Shown here: piece by piece, positions 24,427-33,607 of the stretch
Layout: every line of letters starts with the position of its first letter
How positions within the stretch are numbered: the first letter of the stretch is position 1
IMG/VR virus record: IMGVR_UViG_3300009703_000050
Coordinates: 1 to 36,029 of that record
Origin: a virus
Taxonomy: Duplodnaviria > Caudoviricetes
Direction: 5' to 3' (one strand)
DNA length: 36,029 bases
The notes under the pieces: model-generated
The model's input: only the letters and a program-made list of their open reading frames with translations
Databases searched by the model: none
Told to the model about the DNA's origin: nothing
Made by a program: the position numbers and the translations under genes

Positions 24427-24999
24427 ATGAAGAAGATACTTTTCGCCCTGACCCTTTCCCTACTCGCCTCGCCTGCCCTCGCAGTGTGTGGTGACGTAAA
24501 CGCAGATGACAAAGTCACTGCCGCAGACGCGCTGATGACCTTACAGAAGGCTGTCGGACAGAACGTAACCCTCACCTGTACTGGCGGGGGGACACCCACT
24601 ACTAGCACCACCACTACCACCCTGCCCTCCAACCGTGTAGTCTCAGAAATGAGATTTCGTCACCTGCTTGTCTGTGGTGGCAACGAATTCAGTGCTACGC
24701 TCACTGCTAACTCGCCCGGTGGACGGTTCAGTCGCTCAGCGTGGTCGGGTAAGTACAGTGCGTACCAGCGCCTCTACGCAGACAACACACCGTTCAGCGG
24801 TTTCAGGATGACGACTCCGACGTGTGGCACTGTGAGGTGGGGTGGCTCGGTTGATGTACCCAAGGGTATCTTCATCCGCGCACAGGTAACTGCTACCAGC
24901 GCGGGCGTTGCTCTGGACTTCTACAACGAAGGCCCGCTCGGTGGTCGCGCAACAGGTAAGGCCAAGCTGATTGGCTCACTGCTGGGAGACTTTGAGTAA
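24427..24999 (+). CDS. Secreted protein: dockerin-like repeat, Thr-rich linker, beta-rich C-domain
   Basis: AAGGAG SD; signal peptide ending ALA; CGDVNADDKVTAADALMTLQKAVG; PTTSTTTTTLP. Confidence 0.85.
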   Translation: MKKILFALTLSLLASPALAVCGDVNADDKVTAADALMTLQKAVGQNVTLTCTGGGTPTTSTTTTTLPSNRVVSEMRFRHLLVCGGNEFSATLTANSPGGRFSRSAWSGKYSAYQRLYADNTPFSGFRMTTPTCGTVRWGGSVDVPKGIFIRAQVTATSAGVALDFYNEGPLGGRATGKAKLIGSLLGDFE

Positions 25000-25001
25000 C
25001 A

Positions 25002-25424
25002 ATGAAGTTCAACGCCAAAGAATTCCTAACTATAGACATCTCAGCCCTTGAAAGGGAGTACATCGAGGCCGCCCTCAAGTACAACGAAGTGTCCGACGCT
25101 CTGTCCTCTGCCACTCGGCAGTTAGCAGAGCATGACCTCCGCATCGACATAGCAGAGGCTACGTTCGGTGCGGAGGTGAGGTCAGCCAGTGCCAGTAGTA
25201 AGGTACGGATGACCGAGAAGGCTCTCGACGAGAAGATGATGCTCTCGCCCGAGATACAAATCCTGCGCCAGCAGAAGATAGAGTTGAAAGAGAACCGTGA
25301 CGTACTCGTCGGGCTACAGCGTAGCCTTGAGCATCGCCGCGAGGCTCTCAAGTCTCTGTCCTACACGATGCGACAGGAGTCCACCCTCACTGACGGCCTC
25401 GACCCCGATAAGGTGTTGAGCTAA
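25002..25424 (+). CDS. UvsY-like recombination mediator (coiled coil)
   Basis: 140-aa helical protein with TEKA motif, upstream of SSB and RecA. Confidence 0.6.
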   Translation: MKFNAKEFLTIDISALEREYIEAALKYNEVSDALSSATRQLAEHDLRIDIAEATFGAEVRSASASSKVRMTEKALDEKMMLSPEIQILRQQKIELKENRDVLVGLQRSLEHRREALKSLSYTMRQESTLTDGLDPDKVLS

Positions 25425-25597
25425 TGTTTAAGCTGACAGTAGAGTCACCAGATGCCAATGGTATCAAGATTCTGCTCAATGCAGAAGGCTATCGCGCAGT
25501 AGTAGAGGAATTGCTGCGGTTAGCCGAGGAAGGAACACGGATAGACCCAGAAGAAATCATATCAATATGCAAAAACAACGGCGTAAACGTCGGATAA
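25424..25597 (+). CDS. 57-aa hypothetical protein (not in ORF track)
   Basis: TAATG coupling; MFKLTVESPDANGIKILL...; fills the gap. Confidence 0.7.
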   Translation: MFKLTVESPDANGIKILLNAEGYRAVVEELLRLAEEGTRIDPEEIISICKNNGVNVG

Positions 25598-25612
25598 CAA
25601 GGAGAAATAACA

Positions 25613-25837
25613 ATGAATACTAAAATAGTTCTGGCCGTACTGGCCGCCGCACTCTTGGCCTGTTGCAGCTACTGCTGCTACTCACAGTCCAACACCGTTG
25701 ACGAACTCACTACCCGCATCGACACCATCGAGCAGGCTGTAGTTCGCAACGGCACCAACGTCGTTACCATCGTGGAGTTCTTGAATGAAGCCACTAAGGT
25801 GAGCGGCGACACTAACACAACACAGGAGGCTAACTAA
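25613..25837 (+). CDS. Small membrane protein or lipoprotein with coiled coil
   Basis: AAGGAG SD; hydrophobic N-terminus ending LLACCSYCC. Confidence 0.7.
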   Translation: MNTKIVLAVLAAALLACCSYCCYSQSNTVDELTTRIDTIEQAVVRNGTNVVTIVEFLNEATKVSGDTNTTQEAN

Positions 25838-25838
25838 C

Positions 25839-26582
25839 GTGGCTACTTTTAACGACTTCGACGTCAATAAACTCGACACGACCGTAGGGAAATTCTTGAA
25901 GCTGGAGGCGGGTGACACCGTTCTTCGCGTCATGCCTCCGTGGGCTGAGGGAGAAATGTACTTCCATCAGTTCCAAGTCCACTTCGGACTGAACATGCTA
26001 CAGGAACACGGACTGGTTCACGAGTGGTTTGCAGAAACCTGCTCGATGGACGAGAAGGGCTACTGCCCGCTGTGTGAGCTGGCTGTCAAGGCTAAGGCTG
26101 TGGGAGCCAAGACGAGTGACGACAAGTTGCTCGACCTGTCTTCGCGCATCCGTGCCAAGAGGCAGTACCTCATCAACGCGGTTGACCTTGCCAACCCGGA
26201 GGAAGTCAAGGTACTTCAGTTCGGTGCCAAGGTAAGCGATGGCTTGCGCGCTCTGTTCACCCGTAAGGGGAACATCACCAACCCTGAGACTGGATTCAAC
26301 GTAGTTGTGTCCAAGAACAAGGTGCCGGGACAGCAGTGGTTCGACTACTCTGTGTCGCTCGATGAGAAGTACGATGCTTCGACCGAGTGGGACAACTGGT
26401 CTACGCAACTGCACGACCTGACCGACGTTCCTAAGACCTCTGACCCTGCCATCGTAGCTCAGAAGCTGGAAGGCGTGGAGTTTGAGGACATCGCAGCCCC
26501 GGCTGGGTACACCGAGGAAGCACCTTCATCCGTGTCGGACGACGACATAGAAGAGGCGCTCGCTAAGGTCTCGGAACTGTAG
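25839..26582 (+). CDS. gp32-like single-stranded DNA-binding protein
   Basis: LRVMPP, H..C..CPLC Zn site, NPETG, acidic tail; AGGAGG SD, GTG start; next to recA. Confidence 0.82.
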   Translation: MATFNDFDVNKLDTTVGKFLKLEAGDTVLRVMPPWAEGEMYFHQFQVHFGLNMLQEHGLVHEWFAETCSMDEKGYCPLCELAVKAKAVGAKTSDDKLLDLSSRIRAKRQYLINAVDLANPEEVKVLQFGAKVSDGLRALFTRKGNITNPETGFNVVVSKNKVPGQQWFDYSVSLDEKYDASTEWDNWSTQLHDLTDVPKTSDPAIVAQKLEGVEFEDIAAPAGYTEEAPSSVSDDDIEEALAKVSEL

Positions 26583-26593
26583 GATTGTCTCTA

Positions 26594-26650
26594 GGTGGCT
26601 CCGGCCTCTCATGCGTGCATGGGTTAATGCGTCGGAGTCACCATTGAGGT
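26594..26650 (+). other. Conserved structured RNA element, copy 2
   Basis: Stem GGTGGCTCCGGC/GTCGGAGTCACC then ATTGAGGT, whose GAGGT is the recA SD. Confidence 0.65.
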
Positions 26651-26656
26651 ACGAAT

Positions 26657-27673
26657 ATGAGTACAGTCAACGACATCGTAGCCAGCCTGAAGAAAGACTT
26701 CGGCTCGGCTAACCTAACAACCCTTGGAGAGGAAGCTGACTTCCACTCCAAAATCCCCTACTGGATTGAGACTGGCAGTACCCTGCTGGATATCGCAATC
26801 AAGCAGGGAATCCCCGGTGGTCGTATCATCGAGTTAGCAGGCAAGTCTGCTTCGGGTAAGTCCTGCATAGCCTATCACATGATAGCTGCTGTGCAGAGGC
26901 AGGGTGGCATAGCTGTCCTGTTGGATACCGAAGCGAGTGCGGACATCCAGTTCGCCCAGTTGTGTGGTGTAGACACCGACAACCTGATACTTGCTCAGCC
27001 TGACACGGTGGAAGAACTCTACCGGGACGCTGGCCTTCTCGTCGAGAAGTTCAAGGAAGACCTTGACGAGGACATCCCTGTCCTTATCGTGGCCGACTCT
27101 TGTACCCCCCCGACAGAAGGTGAGGCACAGAAAGACCTCGTAGAAGCACCGAAGATAGCACACAACGCTGTAGTACAGCGGCGTGGACTGCGTAAGCTGG
27201 TCAACAGCATAGCGCGGTCGAACATCACGTTCGTGGGTGTCAACCATCTGGTTGCTGACCCTATGGCTATGTTTGGGCCGAAGCAGGTGTCTACAGGCGG
27301 CAGCGCGTGGAGTTACTTCCCTGCGGTACGCATTACCCTGACCATGATTGGTAAAATCAAGGGCAAGGTGAAGGGCGGCAGCATAGGAATCAACATCCGT
27401 GCCATCGTCAACAAGTCCAAGGTAGGGCCGCCCGATAGGGTGGCTGAGTTTCCCGTGTACTTCGCACGTGGCATTGACAACGTCGAGTCTATGGTTGACT
27501 TCGGACGAACCAATGGTTTGTTCGGGACGACTAAGGGCTGGATGGAGTTCGGCGACAAGAAGTACCGGAAGGCTGACTTCTTGGCCTTCCTTCGTGAAGA
27601 CGAAGAAGCACAGGCATGGCTCTTAGAGCAGTGCCGGGAGCTTATCTATGATGTCGAGGACGTCGCTAAGTAA
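26657..27673 (+). CDS. recA: RecA/UvsX recombinase
   Basis: TGS..LD, GIPGGRIIE, GKSASGKS, LDTE, QPDT.E, IVADS, TGG.A, KSKVGPP. Confidence 0.95.
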   Translation: MSTVNDIVASLKKDFGSANLTTLGEEADFHSKIPYWIETGSTLLDIAIKQGIPGGRIIELAGKSASGKSCIAYHMIAAVQRQGGIAVLLDTEASADIQFAQLCGVDTDNLILAQPDTVEELYRDAGLLVEKFKEDLDEDIPVLIVADSCTPPTEGEAQKDLVEAPKIAHNAVVQRRGLRKLVNSIARSNITFVGVNHLVADPMAMFGPKQVSTGGSAWSYFPAVRITLTMIGKIKGKVKGGSIGINIRAIVNKSKVGPPDRVAEFPVYFARGIDNVESMVDFGRTNGLFGTTKGWMEFGDKKYRKADFLAFLREDEEAQAWLLEQCRELIYDVEDVAK

Positions 27674-27973
27674 GTGGCTGACTCGTTTCTAGATGAGTTG
27701 ATTGCCATCTGTGGGCTGAAGGCTACGCGCAAGCTGCTCCTGAAGCACGGTGGCAAACAGGTGTCGCTCCCTAGGTATGAAGTATTACTTAGGGAGCGAC
27801 GAGACTTACGTATCTACATCGAGCATACAGTAGGCAAGTACAACAAGGCCGAGCTGGCTCGACGGTGGAGCCTTAACCGTGACACCATCACTGCTATCAT
27901 CCTCCGCGTGAGTAAGAAACGAGAGGACGTGTTGAACAGTCACGGCTACACAGTAGAGAAGGATGATGAGTAA
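27674..27973 (+). CDS. Mor-family transcription activator
   Basis: G..A..KL...GG..V.LP, RDLRIY, HTH NKAELARRWSL. Confidence 0.8.
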   Translation: MADSFLDELIAICGLKATRKLLLKHGGKQVSLPRYEVLLRERRDLRIYIEHTVGKYNKAELARRWSLNRDTITAIILRVSKKREDVLNSHGYTVEKDDE

Positions 27974-28982
27974 GATAGCAGTTTTAGCGGACGTGCATCT
28001 TCATCCATTCAGTCAGTTCAGCACGACTGTCGATGGAGTCAACAGCAGGCAGGCGTGGACGCGCTCAGCCCTTGACTGTATAGTCAAGCGAGCCGTAGAC
28101 CATGAGGCTGACGGCGTCTGTGTACTGGGTGACGTGTTCCACAGCCGAGGCAAGGTGGACACAGCTAGTCTGGTCATCTTCAAACGCTGGCTGGACATCT
28201 GTGTTGCGAACGACCTGTTCGTGACCCTGATAGCGGGCAACCACGACCAGAGTGACGTGCAGGCTAACTTCAACGTGCTGTCGGTGTACCACAACCCTGT
28301 CTCCCGCATCTTTGTAGTGAGTGAGCCTGTCATACACGAGGGTGACGGCTGGGACGTCGACAAGCGGTGTCTGTTGCTGCCTTACCATGAAGACCACTCT
28401 GTCCAGCAGCGTTGCATCGCTGAGGCAGGTGACTTAGATTACATATTCGGGCATGCTGCCATCCGTGGCGCTGCTCTTACACAGACGGACTACCGAGTTG
28501 ATGAAGGACTTGAGCCGTCGAAAATTACAGTGCCTAGTTATTGGGGCCACTACCACCAGCGCCAGAGCGTGACTCCCAACGTCCACTACATAGGCAACCT
28601 CTTGCCACAGACGTTCCACGACGAGGGGCAGACCAAGGGCTTCGACATCCTTGACCTCGACACCAACGAGCGCACTTTCATACCTACGATGACACCCCAG
28701 TTCCGCACCATCACGGTACACACGGAGAGCGACCTGCCTGACCCGAAGGAGTACCCCATAGACTACATCAAAATCATAGCTCACTGCCCTGTCAGTGCTA
28801 CCTACCGCGCTCAATTTGAGGAGCGGCTGGTTGTCATGTCCCCCGAGGCTGCGTCCGTTACGTCTGCTCCTACGGCTGTCACAGGCACAGCACTGGGCAA
28901 CTACATCAAGAACGAGGTGGTTGACAACAAGACTGCTCTCTACAAGAAGGTGAAAGGCTTTGTGGACACCAAACTCTCTTAA
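27963..28982 (+). CDS. sbcD: SbcD/Mre11 (gp47-like) nuclease
   Basis: DVH, GDVFH, GNHD, GH, GHYH; next to SbcC. Confidence 0.92.
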   Translation: MMSKIAVLADVHLHPFSQFSTTVDGVNSRQAWTRSALDCIVKRAVDHEADGVCVLGDVFHSRGKVDTASLVIFKRWLDICVANDLFVTLIAGNHDQSDVQANFNVLSVYHNPVSRIFVVSEPVIHEGDGWDVDKRCLLLPYHEDHSVQQRCIAEAGDLDYIFGHAAIRGAALTQTDYRVDEGLEPSKITVPSYWGHYHQRQSVTPNVHYIGNLLPQTFHDEGQTKGFDILDLDTNERTFIPTMTPQFRTITVHTESDLPDPKEYPIDYIKIIAHCPVSATYRAQFEERLVVMSPEAASVTSAPTAVTGTALGNYIKNEVVDNKTALYKKVKGFVDTKLS

Positions 28983-30651
28983 GATAAAGAACTTCCTTAG
29001 CTACGGCGAGGCTGAGCTGGCTCTGCCTGCTGCTGCTGGGCCTGTTCTGCTCGCCGGCAAAGTAGGGAGCAGCGAGAACAGCAACGGTGCAGGTAAGACT
29101 GCTCTGTTCGACTCTGTGCTGTGGGTGCTGTTCGGTAAGACCTCGCGAGGCGTGAAGGCTGATGAGGTGGTACGTCGTGGCTCTGAGGACGGCTGTACGG
29201 TCACTCTACAGGGTACGAAGGACGGTAAAGCCTTTGAGGTCACACGTTTTCGTGCTACAGAGGACGGTAACGGCCTTAACTTCACCGTGGAAGGGGCAGA
29301 TGCCCGTGGTGCTACCATTCCAGAGACACAGGCCAACATCGAGTCGTTCCTCAAGACCACCTTCGACCTGACCCTCGCAACCTCTATGTTTATACCCTCA
29401 GCGAGTGAATCTTTCCTCGGAGCGGGTGATGCCAAGCAAAAAGCACTGCTAGAGAGCCTCTTAGACCTCACCAAATTCGAGGAGGGTGGCCTAAGGGTGC
29501 GTGGAGACATCGCAACCTGTAAGAAGAACATCGCTGCACTGGAGATTAAGATAGCAGCCACCTACAACCAGCGAGAGGACTCTATCCACTCAGGCTGGGG
29601 TGCGCTGGGTAAGATACGCAACATGAGGGAGCATGGTATCGAAACGTCTAAGATACGAGAGGCAGCGTCGAAGACAGGCATCAGGGAGACACAGACCCAG
29701 CTCGATATGCTCGACGGAGAGCGACTAAAGGAGGAGGCACGCACCCACATAGCCACCATCAGCACCTCTACCTCTACTGTTAAGGCGCTACGCAGGCAGC
29801 TAGACGACGGACAAGACAAGAACTGTCCTACCTGTAAGCAGCTCGTACAGGCTGGGGTCGTGGAGGAAGGAACCGAGGCTCGTATCAAAGAAGAAGAGAC
29901 GAAGGCACAGCGGGCGCATAAGATGCTAGAGCTGCTCCGTAAGAACCTTGACGACCACAGGAGCCTGACTACTGTGATGCGGGGCTACGAGAACAACCTT
30001 AAGGAGGCACAGATGGACATCGCTACCTACGAGGCGCGAGTAGAGGAGCAGAATGACGTACTGAAGGAGGCGCGGGCCTCTAGTCGTACTCATCTCGGCA
30101 CCATGCAAGACCTCAAGGCTAAGTTGGTGGACGAGGAGGCCGAGCTAGTCCTGCTGGAGCAGGCGAAGAAGGCTCTGTCGGTCAAGGGCATCCGTGCCTA
30201 CGTCATCGATGCCATCCTGCCAGTCGTGAACAGTAAGCTCAAGCATTACGCCCGGCGGCTCACCAGTGGGGAGATGGACATAGAGATGACCAGTACCACC
30301 ACCGGGAGCAGCGGCAAGGTGACCAACAAGCTAGACACCAAGGTACACAAGGACGGGCGTTCAGTCTCATACAGTAGCCTCAGTGCAGGCGAGCGCAAGC
30401 GGGTAGACATCTGTGCCCTGCTAGCCCTGCTCGACGTACTTATTGTCAATGGTAAAGCCAGTGGCCTACTGGTACTGGATGAGCTGTTCGATGCGCTGGA
30501 TTCAGCCGGTATTGAGGCTGCTGTGGCCCTGATTCACGAGCTTCCGCACGATAACATCTTCGTCGTGTCGCATAACAGCGAGCTAAAGAGTCTTTTCAAC
30601 TACGTAATAACCATCGAGAAGGAGGACGATGGCTCTAGAATCGTGCTATAA
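28960..30651 (+). CDS. sbcC: SbcC/Rad50 (gp46-like) ATPase
   Basis: NFLSY, NGAGKT, CPTC zinc hook, LSAGE, LDE..D.LD, VSH. Confidence 0.93.
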   Translation: MWTPNSLKIKNFLSYGEAELALPAAAGPVLLAGKVGSSENSNGAGKTALFDSVLWVLFGKTSRGVKADEVVRRGSEDGCTVTLQGTKDGKAFEVTRFRATEDGNGLNFTVEGADARGATIPETQANIESFLKTTFDLTLATSMFIPSASESFLGAGDAKQKALLESLLDLTKFEEGGLRVRGDIATCKKNIAALEIKIAATYNQREDSIHSGWGALGKIRNMREHGIETSKIREAASKTGIRETQTQLDMLDGERLKEEARTHIATISTSTSTVKALRRQLDDGQDKNCPTCKQLVQAGVVEEGTEARIKEEETKAQRAHKMLELLRKNLDDHRSLTTVMRGYENNLKEAQMDIATYEARVEEQNDVLKEARASSRTHLGTMQDLKAKLVDEEAELVLLEQAKKALSVKGIRAYVIDAILPVVNSKLKHYARRLTSGEMDIEMTSTTTGSSGKVTNKLDTKVHKDGRSVSYSSLSAGERKRVDICALLALLDVLIVNGKASGLLVLDELFDALDSAGIEAAVALIHELPHDNIFVVSHNSELKSLFNYVITIEKEDDGSRIVL

Positions 30652-30652
30652 T
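30644..30652 (+). promoter_or_regulatory. Extended -10 promoter overlapping the sbcC stop
   Basis: TG-C-TATAAT, no clear -35; AGGAGG SD downstream. Confidence 0.55.
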
Positions 30653-30703
30653 AGTAGCATAGGAAGCGTGGCGTATAGTCACGCCATAACAGGAGGAACT
30701 AAT

Positions 30704-31060
30704 ATGAGTTCATTAAAGTCACTGTGGGCGTTCCTGAGGATAATGTGGCGGACTGTGTTCGGCCAGCTTACTCTCGACAGCGCACTACAGATTGTCAAAG
30801 AAGTCGGTAGCCCTGTTGCTGACGCTCTGACCGAAAAGGCCAGAGTCAAGGCAGCAAAGCTGGAGCTGGAGTACCCCGGTACGAACAACGGAGAGAAGAA
30901 GAAGGCTGAACTGTTCAGTTACCTTGCAGACGTAGCGTCTGTGATGGGTGTGTCGCTTGCGGCATCGAGTCTGAACCTCATCATCGAAACCGTCGTATCA
31001 GCACTCAAGCAGCTCGGAGCGCAAGGGGTTGCTGAAGTGGCAGCGGAGGAGCTGGTCTAA
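30704..31060 (+). CDS. Holin-like protein (LL-H-type pattern)
   Basis: AGGAGG SD; GEKKK and LNLIIETVV pattern; lysis context; weak TM signal. Confidence 0.5.
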   Translation: MSSLKSLWAFLRIMWRTVFGQLTLDSALQIVKEVGSPVADALTEKARVKAAKLELEYPGTNNGEKKKAELFSYLADVASVMGVSLAASSLNLIIETVVSALKQLGAQGVAEVAAEELV

Positions 31061-31281
31061 TGGACAGCTCGCAGCCGCTCGGACTGCCCGCTGGCTCGGT
31101 TAGAGCCATCGTGACCTTGTTTCTGACTGGTGCCATCGTTGGTGCCCAGATTCGAGGCATCGCTCTGGAACCCTCACTCGTTACGACGTGGCAGGCATTG
31201 CTTGCTGCTTACGTAGGGACACGGGCCTACACAGGCGTTGCTGAGGCGAAAGCTAAGGCGGCAGTTACCGTCAAGAAATAA
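31060..31281 (+). CDS. Small two-TM protein, holin candidate
   Basis: PLGLPAGSVRA, two hydrophobic helices, basic tail. Confidence 0.55.
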   Translation: MDSSQPLGLPAGSVRAIVTLFLTGAIVGAQIRGIALEPSLVTTWQALLAAYVGTRAYTGVAEAKAKAAVTVKK

Positions 31282-31302
31282 CTCGTTTCATACGTGTTGC
31301 GG

Positions 31303-31340
31303 CCCCCATTTAGCCTCGTGCTAGGTGGGGGTTTTTCTTT
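31303..31340 (+). terminator. Rho-independent terminator
   Basis: CCCCCATTTAGC-CTCGT-GCTAGGTGGGGG then TTTTTCTTT. Confidence 0.9.
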
Positions 31341-31349
31341 GGGCTAGAC

Positions 31350-31379
31350 TTGACAAGAAGCAGCAATATATGGTATAAT
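31350..31379 (+). promoter_or_regulatory. Consensus sigma70 promoter, ATG at predicted start site
   Basis: TTGACA-18-TATAAT with TG-N, 7 nt to ATG. Confidence 0.88.
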
Positions 31380-31386
31380 AAAACGT

Positions 31387-31617
31387 ATGATTAGTTCAAT
31401 TCTACGCATAGTGGCAACCCTGATGGGCCTGCCCAAGAGACTATCAGCATGGTGGATGCGCCGCAAGGTCGCCAGATTACAGATGAGCCGTGCCAAACTT
31501 CAAGTCAAAATCAAGGAACTAGAGGCCAAGGCCGTCTACGACCTACACAAAATGGAGAACAAGTATGAAAGCAAGTCAAAAGATATTGATGATATTCTTG
31601 ACGACCTTAATGATTAG
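31387..31617 (+). CDS. Putative i-spanin (Rz-like)
   Basis: Weakly hydrophobic N-terminus, coiled coil, 3' end overlaps a lipoprotein gene. Confidence 0.55.
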   Translation: MISSILRIVATLMGLPKRLSAWWMRRKVARLQMSRAKLQVKIKELEAKAVYDLHKMENKYESKSKDIDDILDDLND

Positions 31618-31807
31618 CGGGTGCGCCCCAAAGGTGCCGCTAGTGCCTAGTTATGAGGTGCCGATAGGCCCGAACATCCCGGCCTTGGGCCTGTGGGTAG
31701 ACGAGAACGGGGACTATTGTATGACCGAGGACGCAGTTAGGGACGAGTGGAAGTTCAGAGAGGACTACAAGGCGTACCACAAAGCCGTACAGGAGACGTG
31801 TGAATAA
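31565..31807 (+). CDS. Lipoprotein, putative o-spanin (Rz1-like)
   Basis: GGAG SD; lipobox ISG-C then Pro-rich segment. Confidence 0.7.
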   Translation: MKASQKILMIFLTTLMISGCAPKVPLVPSYEVPIGPNIPALGLWVDENGDYCMTEDAVRDEWKFREDYKAYHKAVQETCE

Positions 31808-33041
31808 CATGAAGACTTATACAAAGACTCAGAAGACTGAGATGGTAGAGAAGGGGGTGGCCGCTGTTGTAAAGCAGCAGAGGTGGTTGCTGTCAACCAA
31901 TAGCCCTGTACCCGAAACAACTGTGAGGCGGGTGTTCGGCTCGTCCTTCGCGTATCAGGAGCTAGTCAGACAGTCCTACATCGACCAGTTCGGTGTGCCT
32001 GCGTGGGAAGTACCCACCGCCAAGAAGCCCAGCAAGAGGGTTGACCTCATCACTGAGCTAACTACTATCACTGAGAGGGCCATAGAGAACGCTCAGAGCC
32101 TCTCGGCTCTGCCCAGCAAGCGTATCACCCCAGCGAGCAACACAGAGTCCCCCAGCGAGCTGTCTATCGTCATCAGTGACGTACACGTTGGCGAGGAGAC
32201 AGAGGAGAACCTCGTGGCTGGACTGGGAGAGTACAGCACCTCTACCTTCCACCGCTCGGCTGACATACTAGAGGAGCGGTTGCTCTTCTTCAACAAGATG
32301 TATGGCCGCAGCTTCCCCATCGACACCCTAGTCATCTACTTCTTGGGCGACATCATAACCGGCGAGAGTATCTTTGCTGGCCAGCCCTACGAGATAGACC
32401 ACGGTGTAGTCGAGCAGATATTCATAGCCGAGGAACGGTTCGTTAAGATGTTCCAGAACTGGGCTGCTCACTTCAAGAACGTAGTCATCTACGCTGTACC
32501 CGGCAACCACGGACGTGTGGGCCGCAAGAACGATGGTCTGCATCCGTTGACCAACTTTGAGTTCATGCTCTATAGGATGATGGCCCGACGTACCGAGGAC
32601 ATCAAGAACATCGAGTGGAAGATAGCTACCGGGCCGTCGCTCATCGTGGAGAGAGGAGAGTTTAACTTCCTCCTGCATCACGGCGATAGCATACCCGGTA
32701 ACGGCCCCGGCAAGGGGAACTTCGGTTCACTTGAGAAGAAGCTCCGCAACATGAGTGCTATGGCCAACGTGCCTATCCACTTCTCTGTGTGCGGCCATTA
32801 TCACAGAAGCTCTTCGCTCTCTGTGAGCGGGGGTGGTAAGGTGATAGTCAACGGTAGCTTTCCCGGCGTCAGTCCCTTTGGGGTTGAGGTCTGCCAAGCA
32901 GCCAACGTGCCTAGTCAGCAGCTCTTCTTGTTCAACGATAAGCACGGCATCTTTTGCCAGACTGATGTGCTGCTAGAAGACAGAGTAACCCTCACGCCTG
33001 ACAAGGATGGCATCCTCTCAAAGAACTGGATTGCACGATGA
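31800..33041 (+). CDS. Calcineurin-like metallophosphoesterase with N-terminal helical domain
   Basis: SDVH, LGD, GNHGR, HHGD, GHYH, NGS. Confidence 0.88.
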   Translation: MNNMKTYTKTQKTEMVEKGVAAVVKQQRWLLSTNSPVPETTVRRVFGSSFAYQELVRQSYIDQFGVPAWEVPTAKKPSKRVDLITELTTITERAIENAQSLSALPSKRITPASNTESPSELSIVISDVHVGEETEENLVAGLGEYSTSTFHRSADILEERLLFFNKMYGRSFPIDTLVIYFLGDIITGESIFAGQPYEIDHGVVEQIFIAEERFVKMFQNWAAHFKNVVIYAVPGNHGRVGRKNDGLHPLTNFEFMLYRMMARRTEDIKNIEWKIATGPSLIVERGEFNFLLHHGDSIPGNGPGKGNFGSLEKKLRNMSAMANVPIHFSVCGHYHRSSSLSVSGGGKVIVNGSFPGVSPFGVEVCQAANVPSQQLFLFNDKHGIFCQTDVLLEDRVTLTPDKDGILSKNWIAR

Positions 33042-33088
33042 CTGAGCTTGCGCTCGCTTTATGCTTACAACAAGGAGTTACACATAGC

Positions 33089-33607
33089 ATGACAACCAAA
33101 GAAATCATTCAACAGCAGAAGGCTGCTATCGAGACCGAGTATGGGGTGTCAATCGACACCAACCTCGTACTGGCTATCATCCACGTAGAGTCAAACGAGA
33201 ACTCCTACGCCGTGCGTTACGAGCCTCGCTTCTACGAATGGCTCAAGGGCCGCATCACCACAGAGAACTGGGCTAGTATCCCTACCAAACAGACTGAGCT
33301 TCGCCTTCGGGCTACCTCGTTCGGCTTGATGCAGGTGCTAGGTCAGGTGGCACGGGAGCATGGCTTTGAGGGAATATACCTCACCGAGCTGTGCGACCCC
33401 GAGGTCGGCATCAGATTCGGGATGCGGGTGCTGGCCAAACAACTGCGTCGTTACGAGAAAGAGGATGACGCCGAAGCATACGCGGTGAGCGCGTACAACA
33501 GGGGCAGCGCAGGTAAGTCTGCGAATGGCTCGTTCCACAACCAGTATTACGTCAACAAAGTCTACAATAAGTTCGCTCTCCTTACCCAGAAAGAGAGGCT
33601 GGGATGA
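33089..33607 (+). CDS. Lytic transglycosylase (SLT), probable endolysin
   Basis: AIIHVES, SFGLMQV, AYNRG, YVNKV; AAGGAG SD before ATG 33089. Confidence 0.9.
   Translation: MTTKEIIQQQKAAIETEYGVSIDTNLVLAIIHVESNENSYAVRYEPRFYEWLKGRITTENWASIPTKQTELRLRATSFGLMQVLGQVAREHGFEGIYLTELCDPEVGIRFGMRVLAKQLRRYEKEDDAEAYAVSAYNRGSAGKSANGSFHNQYYVNKVYNKFALLTQKERLG

Noticed and set aside
3314-33088. Longest-ORF starts at 3314, 4927, 6338, 12287, 14849, 30629, 33038
   Set aside because: Extensions run through promoters or upstream genes; downstream ATGs have SD, coupling or promoter support.
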